Source of the DNA: an uncultured candidate division Zixibacteria bacterium
GTDB taxonomy: Bacteria; Zixibacteria; MSB-5A5; GN15; FEB-12
Direction: 5' to 3'
Length of the DNA: 64,000 bases
Assembly: GCA_963806185.1 (NCBI GenBank)
Contig: CAWDXE010000006.1
Span: forward strand, 175,024-239,023
Shown: piece by piece, positions 1 through 13,400 of the stretch
Layout: every line of letters starts with the position of its first letter
Position numbering within the stretch: position 1 is the first letter of the stretch
Position numbers and translations under genes: made by a program
The notes under the pieces: generated by a model
Told to the model about the DNA's origin: nothing
Seen by the model: only the letters and a program-made list of their open reading frames with translations
The model's database searches: none

Positions 1-95
1 TTGCCGACGCTATCGAGCGAAATTTGTGTGAGTGCGTAGGCTTGTCCGCACGACAGCGCAAGAAGTATGGTGAGAAAGACGATCAATCGCTTCAT
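1..95 (-). CDS. 5' fragment of a secreted protein (runs off window), N-terminus similar to 19441..22086 protein
   Basis: Manual translation from ATG at 95 with GGAGA RBS (101-105): MKRLIVFLTILLALSCGQAYALTQISLDSVG; signal peptide resembles MKRISFFLVILLALCFGQGMAATGIALDGV. Confidence 0.7.
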   Translation of the reverse strand, partial: MKRLIVFLTILLALSCGQAYALTQISLDSVG

Positions 96-442
96 TGGTA
101 TCTCCTAACAACTCAAGTAGTCACGTGATGTCAACAACCCTCATCACAATCCGCCGTGAGAATGGACTCTCGGAGCCCATCCTGGCGTCAACTGATCGAG
201 CGATCAGTCCAGGAATAAACGTGATCAATTTACTGCCTTACAGACACCTCCCTGGTTTGGCCACACGGATGGCATGTTACGTCATGGTATTAACTTGAAC
301 ATACTCCCTGACAAAATGCCAGTCAATAAAAAAAAGGACTCGAAATCGGTCGACCGGTGACCCATGAGGCTCGGTGCAGTGCGACCGAGAAGGGTATGTG
401 GATTATACACTTGAGTCGGGCCGGCGGAGTCAAAAACAGGAC

Positions 443-474
443 AAAAAAACGGCCACTCCCGAGGGAGTGGCCGT
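443..474 (-). terminator. Rho-independent terminator
   Basis: Perfect stem ACGGCCACTCCC/GGGAGTGGCCGT with A7 tract (U tract on minus strand), just downstream of the 509..3910 gene. Confidence 0.85.
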
Positions 475-508
475 CGCTTGCCCTACGGCAAACCAATCGA
501 GCAGTTCA

Positions 509-3500
509 CTAGAGGTTCTGGCACGCCGGAAGCGGTGCGAACGTAATGAACAGGTTGTTGATCAGAGCCGTCAAGTCACCTACGTCGACGCTGTTCAACG
601 GATCGCCATCACAGTTGGCTTCCGCCGGGCAGTCAATCGCTTCAAAGGTGATAAACAGGTTGTTGATCAACTTGGTCAAGTCACCGACGTCAACGCCGTC
701 AGTGATGTCACCATCAATATTACCCACGGTGGCAATACAGCAACCGGCGACCACGCAATTGTCGGTGAGGCCGCGCAGCTTACACAGATACCAATTCTTC
801 GCGGCATCGAAGTTGGCCTCGAGATCAGTAAGCGTGCCCTGCTTCACGGAGAAGTAGCCGGTATAGACAACCAGCGTGTCGCTGGTGATCGTGGTGTTGC
901 TCAGAACCGAAAGGACCATGTTATGGTCATCGGTGAAGCCCGTCGCGGCCAAGCCGGAGACGGTGTCACGATTCCAGTAATAGGCGCCTTCGTTGTCCTG
1001 CGACATGGTGTCATATTTGAACACCGAGTCGTTCAACTGAGCGTACATACCGTGCGGTACGTCGTGGTTGATCGTGCTGTCGGCCACGTCTTCGCTGCGT
1101 TTGAAGTAACCCATGAGCGCATGGGCGCCATAGCGCAGTGAATCCGGGCAGGTAAGCGTGGTGTCGGTGCCGCGCTGATAGGTGAAGCCCTTCAGCGAGA
1201 CGCCGGTCTTGTTGTCAGAACCACCGATACCCGGGACGTCCCAGTCGGCATGTTCGGCAATCGTCACACCGGAGACGGAACCGGCTTTCGGCCAGTACTT
1301 GGTCTCGGCAACGACGAAGTTGCAGTTACCGCTCAACGGGGCGTAATAGGTACGGCTCAGGACGATCGTGGTGTCACGGTTGACCATCTTGCCCGTGTAG
1401 AACCAGTTGTAGTCGACTGTGCTGCCGGAGGCAGGGGTCGCACCATCAATGTTCTTAAAGGCCTGGTCGGTCGTGAAGTCACCCTGGAACAGGGCGGACG
1501 TGAAGACGTACGTGGAGGCACCGGTCTTCTTGATGACCTGCGGGCCGCCGCTATACAGGTACACGTCGTTGGCCGTCGTGTTCTCGCAGTCGCCGGCGAG
1601 GCCGACGAAGTCGAGGTTTACGCCACCGGCGCCGAGATTACCCATGTCACCGTTGGAAGAAACAACCAGGCGGGTGCAGGTCGTGGCGACCGTATCCCAT
1701 ACCAGGCCGACAACCGTATCGGCGACGAGGTAATTGACGATCGGAATGACCTTGACAGAGTCAAGCGTCGGCACGTTCGAGTGCAGAGTCACAGAGCCGT
1801 TGAGCGCCCAAACGTTACCGGTAGTGAAGAACGGCGTGGCAATGATATTGATGTTAAAGGAACCGAAAGAGGCTGCCGGTACGATCAGGGAAGGCGCGGA
1901 CAGGGTGAGCCAATTTTCGGTAGCGTAGCTGGTCTTCGCAGCGACGATCGAGGCGACGTTGAGGACATCGTTACCCTGGTTGGTCACCGTAATCGTGTGA
2001 ACGTTGGTGGCACCGTGGTTCACGAACATCGGATAGCCAAGCAAGGTCGGCGATATCTTGATACGCGGAGCCGAAACCGGCGCGACGCACGCCAGGCGAG
2101 CATAGCGCAGCGGGTTCAGCGTCGGGACGAACGTCAACGACGCGTCCTGCAAATTGTACTGACCCGGATAGTGATCTTCCACATAGAACAGGTGGAGGGT
2201 CGAGTCGTTGGTAATGGTACCACCCAAAGTGAGCGGCGCTTCCGGCCAGGTCATGGCCACGCCGTACTGTGAGGAGTCCATACCATTGCGCGATACCGCC
2301 ATCTTGACGTCGTTCATACAAACGCCGCCGCCGGTGGCCGAGTCGCAGTCCGGGGTATAGGTATTGGTGATGTTACGCGGGGCATCCCACAGGGCGCCGG
2401 CGAGGTCATTGGACACCGACATATAGACGTCGGCGTTCGCATAGAACCGCCAGTCGTTCGGAGCGCCACCCGAGGTGCAGTCGTCAGGCACAACCAGAGG
2501 GTTGTTCAGGTCGTTGGCCATTGACCAGAATACGTACAGCTTACCGGCGCATTCGGAGACCGACATGTAACCGGTAGTCAGGGCGTTGTAGCCGATCCAG
2601 CCGCACAGGTCGCCCGGAAGCAGGCTCTGATCCCACGTGGCATCATAAATCAAGCTGACAACGTTGGTCGACTTGGACCAGTGGTACATGTTGGAACCGC
2701 GATAGAGCGAGTTCCAGGAGAAGCCGGTGGTATACGGATTGGCATCGACGTTGGCCGCATTGAAGGCCGCGTGCAAAACGCCGTTGTGATCGTAGACTGC
2801 CTGGGCCTCAACCCACGGAGAGTACGACGCCACCGAGCGATCGGACGAAGTGATCTGAGTCCGAGGACCCCAGTTCAAGCCGCCGTCGGTCGATTCGCGA
2901 TAGAACAGAGCTTCGTCGTTTTCTTCACCGTGCAGATAGCCGCCGTCAGTCGTGCGGGTATACACAACCGCGATGTTGCTGTTCACGCGTGAAGCAGCCA
3001 GGTTGATCTGGTTAAAAACGGTATCCAGAAGTTTCGGACCAACCCAGGTACCGGCGGCCGTCTGGCCGAGCTTGCGGTAATACAGCATCGGGAAGTCAGA
3101 CAGGTTGCTCGGATTGCCGGTCGTGCGGGCAAGAAGAGCGTTCCAGCGAGCCGCAACGTGCAGCACGGTGTCGGTACCGATGATCTGTGTTTCAACAATC
3201 GGGACAACCAATTCCGGAGCGGTGTCACCAGGATTAGCACGCCAGGTGCTGTAGCCGTTGACGCCGAGTTTCGGAATCTTCGTTCCCGTGCCCCAGGTGC
3301 AGGAATAGGCGGCACCTGAAGCCGGCTGGTAATAGAAGTGGTTGTCGGTCTGAGCCGCCGGGTCGGCACCGGCCAGGATGACGCGGCCCTTGGGGGTCAC
3401 CGCCATCGAGGTGATGATGCCAAAGTCGCCGGCTGCCTGAACTTCGCAACCAACGCCCAGCAGTTTCGGCCAGCTGGCGAGCGTGGGGCTATACACGTTA

Positions 3501-3910
3501 TAGCCGGCGCGTTCTTCAGCGGTGGTCGAGTTGGGCTGATCCTGATAAACGAAGTGCATATCCGGAGTGCCCCAGAAATCCGCGCGACGGCCGCGGGGTG
3601 AACCCTGCCAGTCGTCGTAAGAAGCTTCAACTTCGATACCCGGGCCCGCGGTGGCCGCGTTGTCGCCGGCGGCGCCGACGGAGACGCGACGCGAAGCTCT
3701 GGCTTCGTTCGGGCCCATCAGGCCGGCAAAACGATCGGTAACATTTTCAGTCGGCCGATCAGCGCGCGGGAAACTGAGTTGCTGAATCTTCGCTGCCCGT
3801 TCGTCCTGAACACGCTGGGTGTCCCAGGAGGCGCGAGCGAACGCGAACGACGTCAGCAGCAGAGCCGCGAGCACCGAGACGACGAGAATTGTCACAAGGC
3901 GCTTAGTCAT
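509..3910 (-). CDS. Large secreted protein: Asp-box/BNR-like propeller region, Ig-like domain, C-terminal dockerin-type EF-hand pair
   Basis: Start at ATG 3910 (MTKRLVTILVVSVLAALLLTSFAFA signal peptide, GAAAGGGA RBS); ESTDGGLNW Asp-box; duplicated GNIDGDITDGVDVGDLTKLINNLF / ANCDGDPLNSVDVGDLTALINNLF. Confidence 0.85.
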   Translation of the reverse strand: MTKRLVTILVVSVLAALLLTSFAFARASWDTQRVQDERAAKIQQLSFPRADRPTENVTDRFAGLMGPNEARASRRVSVGAAGDNAATAGPGIEVEASYDDWQGSPRGRRADFWGTPDMHFVYQDQPNSTTAEERAGYNVYSPTLASWPKLLGVGCEVQAAGDFGIITSMAVTPKGRVILAGADPAAQTDNHFYYQPASGAAYSCTWGTGTKIPKLGVNGYSTWRANPGDTAPELVVPIVETQIIGTDTVLHVAARWNALLARTTGNPSNLSDFPMLYYRKLGQTAAGTWVGPKLLDTVFNQINLAASRVNSNIAVVYTRTTDGGYLHGEENDEALFYRESTDGGLNWGPRTQITSSDRSVASYSPWVEAQAVYDHNGVLHAAFNAANVDANPYTTGFSWNSLYRGSNMYHWSKSTNVVSLIYDATWDQSLLPGDLCGWIGYNALTTGYMSVSECAGKLYVFWSMANDLNNPLVVPDDCTSGGAPNDWRFYANADVYMSVSNDLAGALWDAPRNITNTYTPDCDSATGGGVCMNDVKMAVSRNGMDSSQYGVAMTWPEAPLTLGGTITNDSTLHLFYVEDHYPGQYNLQDASLTFVPTLNPLRYARLACVAPVSAPRIKISPTLLGYPMFVNHGATNVHTITVTNQGNDVLNVASIVAAKTSYATENWLTLSAPSLIVPAASFGSFNINIIATPFFTTGNVWALNGSVTLHSNVPTLDSVKVIPIVNYLVADTVVGLVWDTVATTCTRLVVSSNGDMGNLGAGGVNLDFVGLAGDCENTTANDVYLYSGGPQVIKKTGASTYVFTSALFQGDFTTDQAFKNIDGATPASGSTVDYNWFYTGKMVNRDTTIVLSRTYYAPLSGNCNFVVAETKYWPKAGSVSGVTIAEHADWDVPGIGGSDNKTGVSLKGFTYQRGTDTTLTCPDSLRYGAHALMGYFKRSEDVADSTINHDVPHGMYAQLNDSVFKYDTMSQDNEGAYYWNRDTVSGLAATGFTDDHNMVLSVLSNTTITSDTLVVYTGYFSVKQGTLTDLEANFDAAKNWYLCKLRGLTDNCVVAGCCIATVGNIDGDITDGVDVGDLTKLINNLFITFEAIDCPAEANCDGDPLNSVDVGDLTALINNLFITFAPLPACQNL

Positions 3911-4304
3911 TCTTGATTCCCTTTCGATTCGTTGTGTGTTCCCAACAATCGTTAACAATAAAGTTACAGTTTACGAAAAGCGCAAAACGCAACAGAAACG
4001 CATGAGCAGCCATCTCGTCATGACAGCGGCGCATGCCAGTGTTACTCACTTCCTCGGATTCACCTCCCTTCATACCCGTCGGAATAAACCGAAACCGGGG
4101 ACCACAGTAATCGTCCGCTGTGTGCTAAACGTTATGAGATGCATTCCAATAAATATGTCATTACGCCACGTTCGGCGTGTGTGCGACCCGAACCGGTAGG
4201 CACCTGACCAGAGCCGGCTATGTCGTGAGGTTTTATCGTTCGGTATGAACTCTTCTGTCCAAAGGCAATCCCTGCAATCGGATGCTTACCCTTTCACGTC
4301 ATAC

Positions 4305-4333
4305 AAATTATTGCGAGACGGCGATGTTGTCAA
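4305..4333 (-). promoter_or_regulatory. sigma70-type promoter
   Basis: TTGACA-17 bp-TAATTT on minus strand, ~390 nt upstream of the 3910 start. Confidence 0.55.
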
Positions 4334-4435
4334 GGTCTTTTCGCTCGCAGCGAGCAGATTGGCCATTCGACAAAGTCGTTATCTCGCACAGCATTCGAGA
4401 CGCAAATCTTGCGACGAGGACGAAGGGGTGTCAAT

Positions 4436-4465
4436 AAAAAAAGCCGCTCAGCAGTGAACGGCTTT
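4436..4465 (-). terminator. Rho-independent terminator
   Basis: Minus strand AAGCCGTTCA-CTGC-TGAGCGGC followed by T7, right after the stop of the 3033-aa gene. Confidence 0.8.
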
Positions 4466-4491
4466 CATACGAAATGAAGATAGATTTCGAA

Positions 4492-7400
4492 TTATCTCGG
4501 CGGCTGAGGGCCGTTAAAATACAGGAAGTTAATCAGGTAGGTCACATCGAGAATGTTCACACTACCGTCATTGTCGACGTCTGCAGCCACCATAGTTACC
4601 GGTTCCGGGCCTTGGCGGAAGAGATAGGAGATCAGATAGGCCATGTCGTTCATGGTGTAGCGACTGTTATTGTCAATATCGCCCCGGAGGAAGGCAACCA
4701 CACGGATAACGGTGGTGGCGGTATCGGCCAAGCCGCCCGGGTCGGTGGCGATGATCCGGATTTGCGAGACCAGGCCGATCTGAGCATTGTCCGGCAAGAA
4801 GATATAGTTACCCGTACCATTAAGCGAATCCACGAATCCCGCATTAGTGACAATGGGCGTAGCGGTCATGGTGAGTGTCTGCAGGTCCGGATCTGCGGCC
4901 CGAGCAACCACATTGGTGATCACATTGGCCGGACAGTTGGTAGTGTCAGCCAAGACGGTCGAGAAGACTGGAGCCTGATTGCCGGCCTCGGTCACGTCGA
5001 TCTGGATTATGGCGGTATCGCGTGCGGCCTTGGAGTCAACCGCAATGAAGCGTACCGTGTAAATACCTGCCTGACTAAAGGTTGGCGTAAAGGAGAAGGT
5101 CTTAACGTTGGTCGTCCCCACAAACGTGGCGCCGACCGGCATGTTCTGTGCGGACAGCGTCGGCAAGGTGGCACCACCATCAGGATCGGTGGCAGAGACC
5201 ACGAAGCTGAGGGTGACCCCTTCAGCGATGGTCTTGGTACCTTCGCCGCCGGCAACCGTGACAATGGGGAGGGCGTTGCGATCGAGCACCGCTATCTGTA
5301 CCGGTGCGAGCGCATCTTGTACGATGGACGAATCGGCGCCGTCTTTGGCGTAAAAGCGGACGTAGTAGAAGGTTCCCGGAGATACCGCACCCTGCGAGTA
5401 GCTTGGTATGAACCTGAGCAGGGCGGAACCATTGCCCGAATCGGCAATCGACATGTTGGTCGCGAGGGAGTCGGTGACCCCATCAAGGCGCGCCCGGATT
5501 TTCGGAATCGTACCGTCGAAATCAAAGGCGTTCACGAGGTAGATCAAGGTGTCGCCTTCGAACATGGTGCGGGCTCCATAGGTGATGATCACCGGAGCCC
5601 GATTGGTGTCGAGCACCGAGATATTGACCAGCTGCGAATCGGCGACGCCGGCAACGTCGAAGTCCTCCGCCTTGAAAAAGACCTGATAGAAGCCGGAGTC
5701 GGTATCGGTCGGCGCCCAACTGAAGGTGCCGGTACCATTGCGATTATCCGTAAACGTCGCACCCGCAGGAAGCGGGTTGGCGGTGAGTAACGGATAGTTG
5801 GTGGCATCGACGTCGGTCGCGGAGATGTTGAAGTTCAGCGCGTTCAATTCTCTCACGCTCTTGTCAGTAATGTTGGCAAGCACCGGCGGTTGATTGCCGG
5901 CCTCGACGATGGTAAGGACGATGTCGATGGTATCGGCGACGGTGCCGTCGGTAGCGCGAATTGTGATGGTGTACGAGCCGGCTTGGAGGTAATTGGGGGC
6001 CATGTAGAAGGTTCCCAGACCGTTGCCGCTATCCGCAAAAGTAATGAGGGCGGCCGGGACGATCTCAAGCAGAGACATCGTGACCGTACCACCATCGGGA
6101 TCGTGCACTTTGATACGGAAGAGACCGGTTTGACCTTCGGTGATGGCCGGGCTGGCCGGGATGGAGTCAAACACGGGTGTCTGGTTGCCGGCTTCGATCA
6201 CCTGAATAAAAACCACTTCTTTGTCGACCGCGAAGCCGTCGTACGCCTCAAAGGTGACAGCGTAGAGTCCGGCCTGTGTGAACGACGGATTAAAGGTGAA
6301 GACAGCCGTGCCATTGAGGTTGTCCACGAACGTAGCATTGGCCGGGAGCGCGCCGGTGCGCAGCACGGGAGCGCCGTCGTCCGGATCGCTTCCGGAGACA
6401 TTGACGACGAGCGACTGACCCTCGGTAACGGCTTTCGTGCCGATGGCCGCGAGCACAGGCGGGAGGTTCACCGTCTTCACCACGACGTTGATCGCTATGA
6501 GAGTGGACTTGGACGGAACGCCCTGGTCGACGGCAAGGAAGTTGACGACGTTGGTCCCCGCCTGCCCGGCGGTAGGCGTAAAGCGGAAGGTGCCGGTATT
6601 GTCACCGTTATCGGTAAACGTGGCGCCCGTCGGCATGTTGACGGCCGAGAGGAATATCCGATTGCCGGCCACGGCATCGGTGGAATCGTACGCCGTGAGC
6701 GTGAAGACCAACGGGTCGTTGACTTTCACGCCGAACGGTCCGGCCGCGGCGAACGTCGGCGGCCGATTGACATCGTTGGTAGTAACCTGCACGATTTCGA
6801 CACCGGTCTGAATCGGCGTGCCGTAATCGATGGCGAAGAAGCGCACGGTATCGATGCCGGCATCGAAGTAGCCCGGCTTATACGTGAGGGTACCCGTGCC
6901 ATCGTTATGATCAACAAACGTATAGTGCAGAAGGGTGGTGGACACCGACAATCTCGGGGCCACGGTCGGTGCGTCGGGATCGGAGGCGCTGACATTGAGG
7001 ATGAGTGAGTCGCCTTCGTTGACAAGCGTATCGGCCACGACCGTAAAGATCGGCGGAACGTTACCGGACGGGAAGATGGTGATCTGCACCAGTTCCGAAT
7101 CGGCGAGGACACCGTCGGTCGCGACGAACGTAAGCAGGAACGAACCCTCCTGATTGAAATCAGGTGAGAAAACAAACGTCGCAGTACCGTTGCCATTATT
7201 GGTGAAAGTGGCGTTGGTCGGCAGTGGCGACGCCGAGAAGGTCGGCAGGGTGCCGTCCGGATCAGCGGCAGTCACGTTAAACGTCAGCAGTCCGCCTTCG
7301 ACCCCTGCTCGGTTGCCGATAAGGGCGAGGACAGGACGTTGATTGCCGGCCTCGGCCACGGTGATAACCACAATCTCGGAATCGATATCAGCCGGGTACT

Positions 7401-10400
7401 GACCGTCGGTCGCATAGAAAGTTACGTTGTAGACGCCGGCCTGAGTGAAGCCGGGGGTCCAGCTGAGCGTACCGGTACCATTGAGATGGTCGGCGAAGTT
7501 CGCTCCGCTTGGTCGGGTTGACGTAGACAGGACGGGCATGACGCCATCCTGATCGGCCGCAGTGATGTCGAAACTAAGCGCCGCGCCTTCGGTGGTAGTG
7601 TACGGACCGATGGGGAAGAGAACCGGTAAACGGTTAGTATTGAGCACGGTGACATTTACCACAATGCTGTCGGCGCCGAGACTGGCGTCGGTGGCAATAA
7701 AGCGAATCGGATACAGTCCCGCTTGAGTGAAATCCGGTGAGAAGGTGAAAGTGCCGGTGCCATTGCCATTGTCGACGAAGGCGACATTAGTGGGGCTGTT
7801 CTCGATCGTGAGTGAAGGAATACCGCCGTCGGGATCAGTCGCGGAGACTGAGAAACTGAGCACTGCACCCTCGGCGATACTGGTGTCGGCGCGGGTGGCG
7901 AACACCGGCGGCTGATTGCCGGCCTCGAGCACCGTGATGACCACGTCTTCCGAGTCGGCGGTTATGCCGTCGGAGGCGTAGAATCGGACCGTATGGAATC
8001 CGGCTTGCGTAAAGTTGGGTGTCCAGGAGAAGGAACCCGTACCATTACCGTTATCGGTGTAGACCGCGCCGGCCGGCAGCGTGCTGGTGGTCAGCGTCGG
8101 AGTCGTACCGTCGGGATCGCTCGCCGACGTGGAAAACGTCAGAAGCGTGTTCTCAGTAGTTGACTGGGCGCCGATAGCCGCCAGCACCGGATTCCGATTC
8201 AGATCGGTAACCGTGATGGTGATTGTTTCAGAATCGGCGGCGAGTCCGGCATCAGTAGCGATGAAGGTGACGGTGTAAACGCCGGCTTGCGTAAAGTCGG
8301 GATTGAAGGCGAATGAGCCGGTGCCGTCGCCATTGTCGACAAAGCCCGCATTGGCGGGAAGGGTTGAGGTCGTGAGCGTGAGCGGCGTCAATTCCGGATC
8401 GGCAGCGCTGACGGCGAAGTTCAAGGCCACATTCTCGCTGACCGTCTGATTACCAATCGCGGCCAGAATCGGCGCCTGGTTGCCGGCGTCGAGGACACTG
8501 ATGGCGACCACCTCAGAATCGGTTGCCACACCATCGGAGGCATAGAAGGTCACGGAGTAGCCGCCGGACTGCGTGAAGTCAGGCGTCCAGTTGAAGGTGC
8601 CGGTACCGTCACCGTTGTCTATGAAAGTGGCGCCGGTGGGCACGGCCGTTGAGGTCAGGGTCGGAATAACGCCGTCGGCATCGGCGGCAGTGATCGTGAA
8701 GGCAAGATTGACGCCTTCATTGATCGCCTTGCCGCCAATCGCAGCCAGGACCGGCAGCTGATTGGTGTTCGACACGGTAATGGCGACCACCTCGGAATCC
8801 GTCACGGTGCCGTCTGAAGCGTAGAAGGTGACCGAGTATCCCCCGGCCTGAGTGAAGCCGGGCGTCCAGTTGAACGTCCCGGTGCCATTGGCGTTATCGA
8901 TGAAAGTTGCGCCGGTCGGCAACGCGCTGGTCGTGAGGACCGGTGAATTGCCGTCAGGATCGTTGGCTGATACGCCGAAGTTCAAATTGGTGTTCTCGCT
9001 GATCGACTGTGCGCCGATAGCCGCAAGGATAGGGTCCTGATTCACGTTGTTGACCGTGATAGCGACAACTTCGGAGTCAGTAGCGATACCGTCACTAGCG
9101 TAGAACGTGACACTGTATCCGCCCGCCTGTGCGAAGGTCGGCGTCCAGTTGAACGTCCCGGTGCCGTTGGCGTTGTCAATAAACGATGCGCCACTGGGCA
9201 GGGCACTCGTGGTCAGGGTCGGCGTAGTGGCGTCGGCATCAGAGGCTGAGACACCAAAGTTCAGATTAACGTTTTCATTTACACTCTTCGCACCGATGGC
9301 GGCCAGGATAGGCGCCAGATTAGTGGTGGAGATGGTGATCGCGACCACTTCGGAATCGGTAGCCGTACCGTCAGTCGCATAGAACGTGACACTGTACCCG
9401 CCCGCCTGGGTAAAGTCGGGGGTCCAGGTGAACGTGCCGGTACCGTTGGCGTTGTCGACAAAGCCCGCGCCGGTCGGCAGAGCTGACGTGGTAAGCGTAG
9501 GCGTAGTGCCGTCAGCATCGGAAGCAGTGATACCAAAGGTCAGAAGGGCACCCTCGACACCACCCTTGGCGCCGATGGCAGCCAGGATTGGATCCTGGTT
9601 TACGTTATTGACGGTGATCGCGACTATCTCAGAGTCGGTGGCGATGCCGTCAGAAGCGTAGAAAGTCACGTTAAATGAGCCGGACTGCGCAAAGGTCGGC
9701 GTCCAGTTAAACGTACCGGTGCCGTTGGCGTTATCGACAAACGATGCGCCGCTCGGGAGAGCGCTGGTGGTTAGGGTCGGTGTCGTTGCATCCGGATCGG
9801 AGGCTGACACGCCAAAATTCAGATTGACGTTTTCATTCACGTTTTTCGCGCCGATCGCCGCCAGAACAGGGTCGAGATTGGTACCGGCGATAGTGATGGT
9901 GACGACTTCTGAGTCGGTAGCGACACCATCGGTAGCGCGGAAGGTAACCGGGTAGACGCCGGACTGCGTGAAGTCGGGTGTCCAGCTGAAGGTGCCGGTA
10001 CCGTTGCCGTTGTCTAAGAAAGCGGCGCCGGTGGGCAGAGTTGACGTTGTGAAGGACGGCGTCGTGCCGTCGGCATCGGCGGCAGTGACGCCGAAGGTCA
10101 GGAGGGCGCCTTCCAGACCGCCCTTGGCACCTATCGCCGCAAGGACGGGGTCTTGATTGACGTTGTTCACCGTGATGGCGACAACTTCAGAATCGGTAGC
10201 CGTGCCGTCGGTGGCACGGAAGGTGACGTTGAACGAACCGGCCTGTGCGAAAGTGGGCGTCCAGTTAAACGTCCCGGTGCCGTTGCCGTTATCGATGAAA
10301 GTTGCGCCGGACGGCAGAGTGGATGTAGTAAACGACGGGGTCGTGCCGTCGGCGTCCGCAGCGGTGACGTTGAAATTCAGATTCACGTTTTCGTTGATGT

Positions 10401-13400
10401 TCTGTGCGCCGATAGCCGCAAGGATAGGATCCTGATTCACGTTGTTGACCGTGATAGCGACAACTTCGGAGTCAGTAGCGATACCGTCACTAGCGTAGAA
10501 CGTGACACTGTATCCGCCCGCCTGTGCGAAGGTCGGCGTCCAGTTGAACGTCCCGGTGCCGTTGGCGTTGTCAATAAACGATGCGCCACTGGGCAGGGCA
10601 CTCGTGGTCAGGGTCGGCGTAGTGGCGTCGGCATCAGAGGCTGAGACACCAAAGTTCAGATTAACGTTTTCATTTACACTCTTCGCACCGATGGCGGCCA
10701 GGATAGGCGCCAGATTAGTGGTAGAGATGGTGATCGCGACCACTTCGGAATCGGTAGCCGTACCGTCAGTCGCATAGAACGTGACACTGTACCCGCCCGC
10801 CTGGGTAAAGTCGGGGGTCCAGGTGAACGTGCCGGTACCGTTGGCGTTGTCGACAAAGCCCGCGCCGGTCGGCAGAGCTGACGTGGTAAGCGTAGGCGTA
10901 GTGCCGTCAGCATCGGAAGCCGTGATACCGAAGGTCAGAAGGGCGCCCTCGACACCACCCTTGGCGCCAATAGCGGCAAGGATAGGATCCTGATTCACGT
11001 TGTTGACGGTGATAGCGACTACTTCGGAGTCGGTCGCGGTACCGTCGGAAGCGTAAAAGGTCACGCTATACGGTCCGGACTGCGCAAAGGTGGGCGTCCA
11101 GTTGAACGTACCGGTGCCGTTGGCGTTATCGACAAACGATGCGCCGCTCGGGAGAGCGCTGGTGGTTAGCGTCGGTGTCGTTGCATCCGGATCCGAAGCC
11201 GACACGCCGAAATTCAGATTGACGTTTTCATTCACGTTTTTTGCACCGATGGCGGCCAAGACTGGGTCCTGGTTAACGTTGTTGACGGTGATGGCGACTA
11301 CCTCGGAGTCGGTCACGGTACCGTCGGTGGCGTAGAAGGTCACGTTGTATGGTCCAGCCTGAGCTAAGGTCGGCGTCCAGTTGAAGGTACCAGTGCCGTT
11401 GGCATTGTCGGTGAAGCCGGCACCGGTCGGCAGAGCCGATGTAGTCAAAGTGGGCGTCGTAGCATCCGGATCGGAGGCGGACACGCCAAAATTCAGATTG
11501 GCATTTTCGTTGACTGACTTGGCACCAATGGCGGCCAGGACGGGCGCCTGATTGGTACCGGAGATTGTGATGCTGACGACTTCAGAATCGGTGGCAACAC
11601 CGTCGGTACCGCGGAACGTGACGGAGTACCCGCCGGCTTGTGTGAAGTCCGGCGTCCAGCTAAATGTCGCCGTGCCGTTGGCATTATCAATATACGTCGC
11701 GCCGGTCGGCAGAGTTGAACTGGTGAAGCTGGGCGTCGTGCCGTCGGGGTCGGAAGCGGACGTGACGAACGTCAGCAGACTTCCTTCAGCCCCATTCTTC
11801 GCACCGATGGCGGCCAGGACGGGGTCCTGGTTCACGTTGTTCACCGTGATCGCGACTACTTCAGAGTCGGTCGCGGTACCGTCAGAGGCATAGAAGGTCA
11901 CGCTATACGGCCCGGCCTGAGCGAAGGTCGGCGTCCAGTTGAAGGTACCAGTGCCATTGCCGTTGTCGGTGAAGCCGGCACCGGTGGGCAGAGCTGAGGT
12001 CGTAAGTGAAGGTGTAGTGGCGTCGGCATCGGCGGCCGAGACGCCGAAGTTCAGGTTGACGTTTTCATTCACACTCTGGGCCCCGATGGCGGCCAGCACA
12101 GGTGCTTGATTGCTACCGGAGATGGTAATGGCGACTACTTCGGAGTCGGTAGCCGTACCATCAGTCGCATAGAAGGTCACGCTGTACCCGCCCGCTTGCG
12201 TGAAGTCGGGAGTCCAGTTGAAGGTACCAGTGCCATTGCCGTTGTCGACAAAGCCCGCGCCGGTCGGCAGAGCTGACGTGGTAAGCGTAGGCGTAGTGCC
12301 GTCAGCATCGGAAGCAGTGATACCGAAAGTCAGAAGGGCACCCTCGGCACCACCCTTGGCACCGATGGCCGCAAGGATAGGATCCTGGTTCACGTTGTTC
12401 ACCGTGATGGCGACGACTTCGGAATCGGTAGCCGTACCGTCAGTCGCGTAGAAGGTCACGCTGAACCCGCCCGCCTGCGCAAAAGTCGGCGTCCAGTTGA
12501 AGGTACCAGTGCCATTGCCGTTGTCGGTGAAGCCGGCACCGGTGGGCAGAGCTGACGTGGTCAAAGTGGGCGTGGTAGCATCCGGATCGGAAGCGGTCAC
12601 GCCGAAATTCAACGCGACGTTTTCATTGACGTTCTGCGCGCCGATGGCGGCCAATATCGGGTCTTGATTTACGTTGTTCACCGTGATGGCGACGACTTCG
12701 GAATCGGTAGCCGTACCGTCAGAAGCGTAAAATGTTACGCTATAGGGACCAGCCTGAGCAAAGGTCGGTGTCCAGTTGAAGGTGCCAGTGCCATTGCCGT
12801 TGTCGGTGAAGCCCGCGCCGGTGGGCAGAGCTGACGTGGTCAAAGTGGGCGTGGTTGCGTCCGGATCGGAAGCCGACACACCAAAATTCAGATTAACATT
12901 TTCGTTGACCGACTTGGCACCGATGGCGGCCAGGACGGGGTCTTGATTGACGTTGTTCACTGTGATGGCGACGACTTCGGAGTCGGTAGCCGTACCATCA
13001 GTCGCATAGAAGGTCACGCTGTACCCGCCCGCTTGCGTGAAGTCGGGAGTCCAGTTAAAGGTACCAGTGCCATTGCCGTTGTCGGTGAAGCCGGCACCGG
13101 TGGGCAGAGCTGACGTGGTCAATGTCGGTGTGGTTGCGTCCGGATCGGAAGCCGACACACCAAAATTCAGCGCGACGTTTTCATTGACGTTCTGCGCACC
13201 GATGGCGGCCAGGATTGGGTCCTGGTTCACGTTGTTCACGGTGATAGCGACGGTCTCCGAGTCGGCGTCACTTGTCACCGGATCAAGGGCGATAAAAATG
13301 ACATTCACGATACCGGCCTGCGTAAAGTCAGGCGTAAACGTGAGTGTCCCGGTGCCATCGCCGTGATCGACCCACGACGCGTTGGCCGGCAGGGGGCCGG

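Noticed and set aside
3911..4300. Long 5' leaders (also 22087-22450 and 23627-23950) as riboswitches
   Set aside because: No recognisable consensus; the GCAAAGC near 23785 lacks the rest of a c-di-GMP-I aptamer. An Rfam scan is needed
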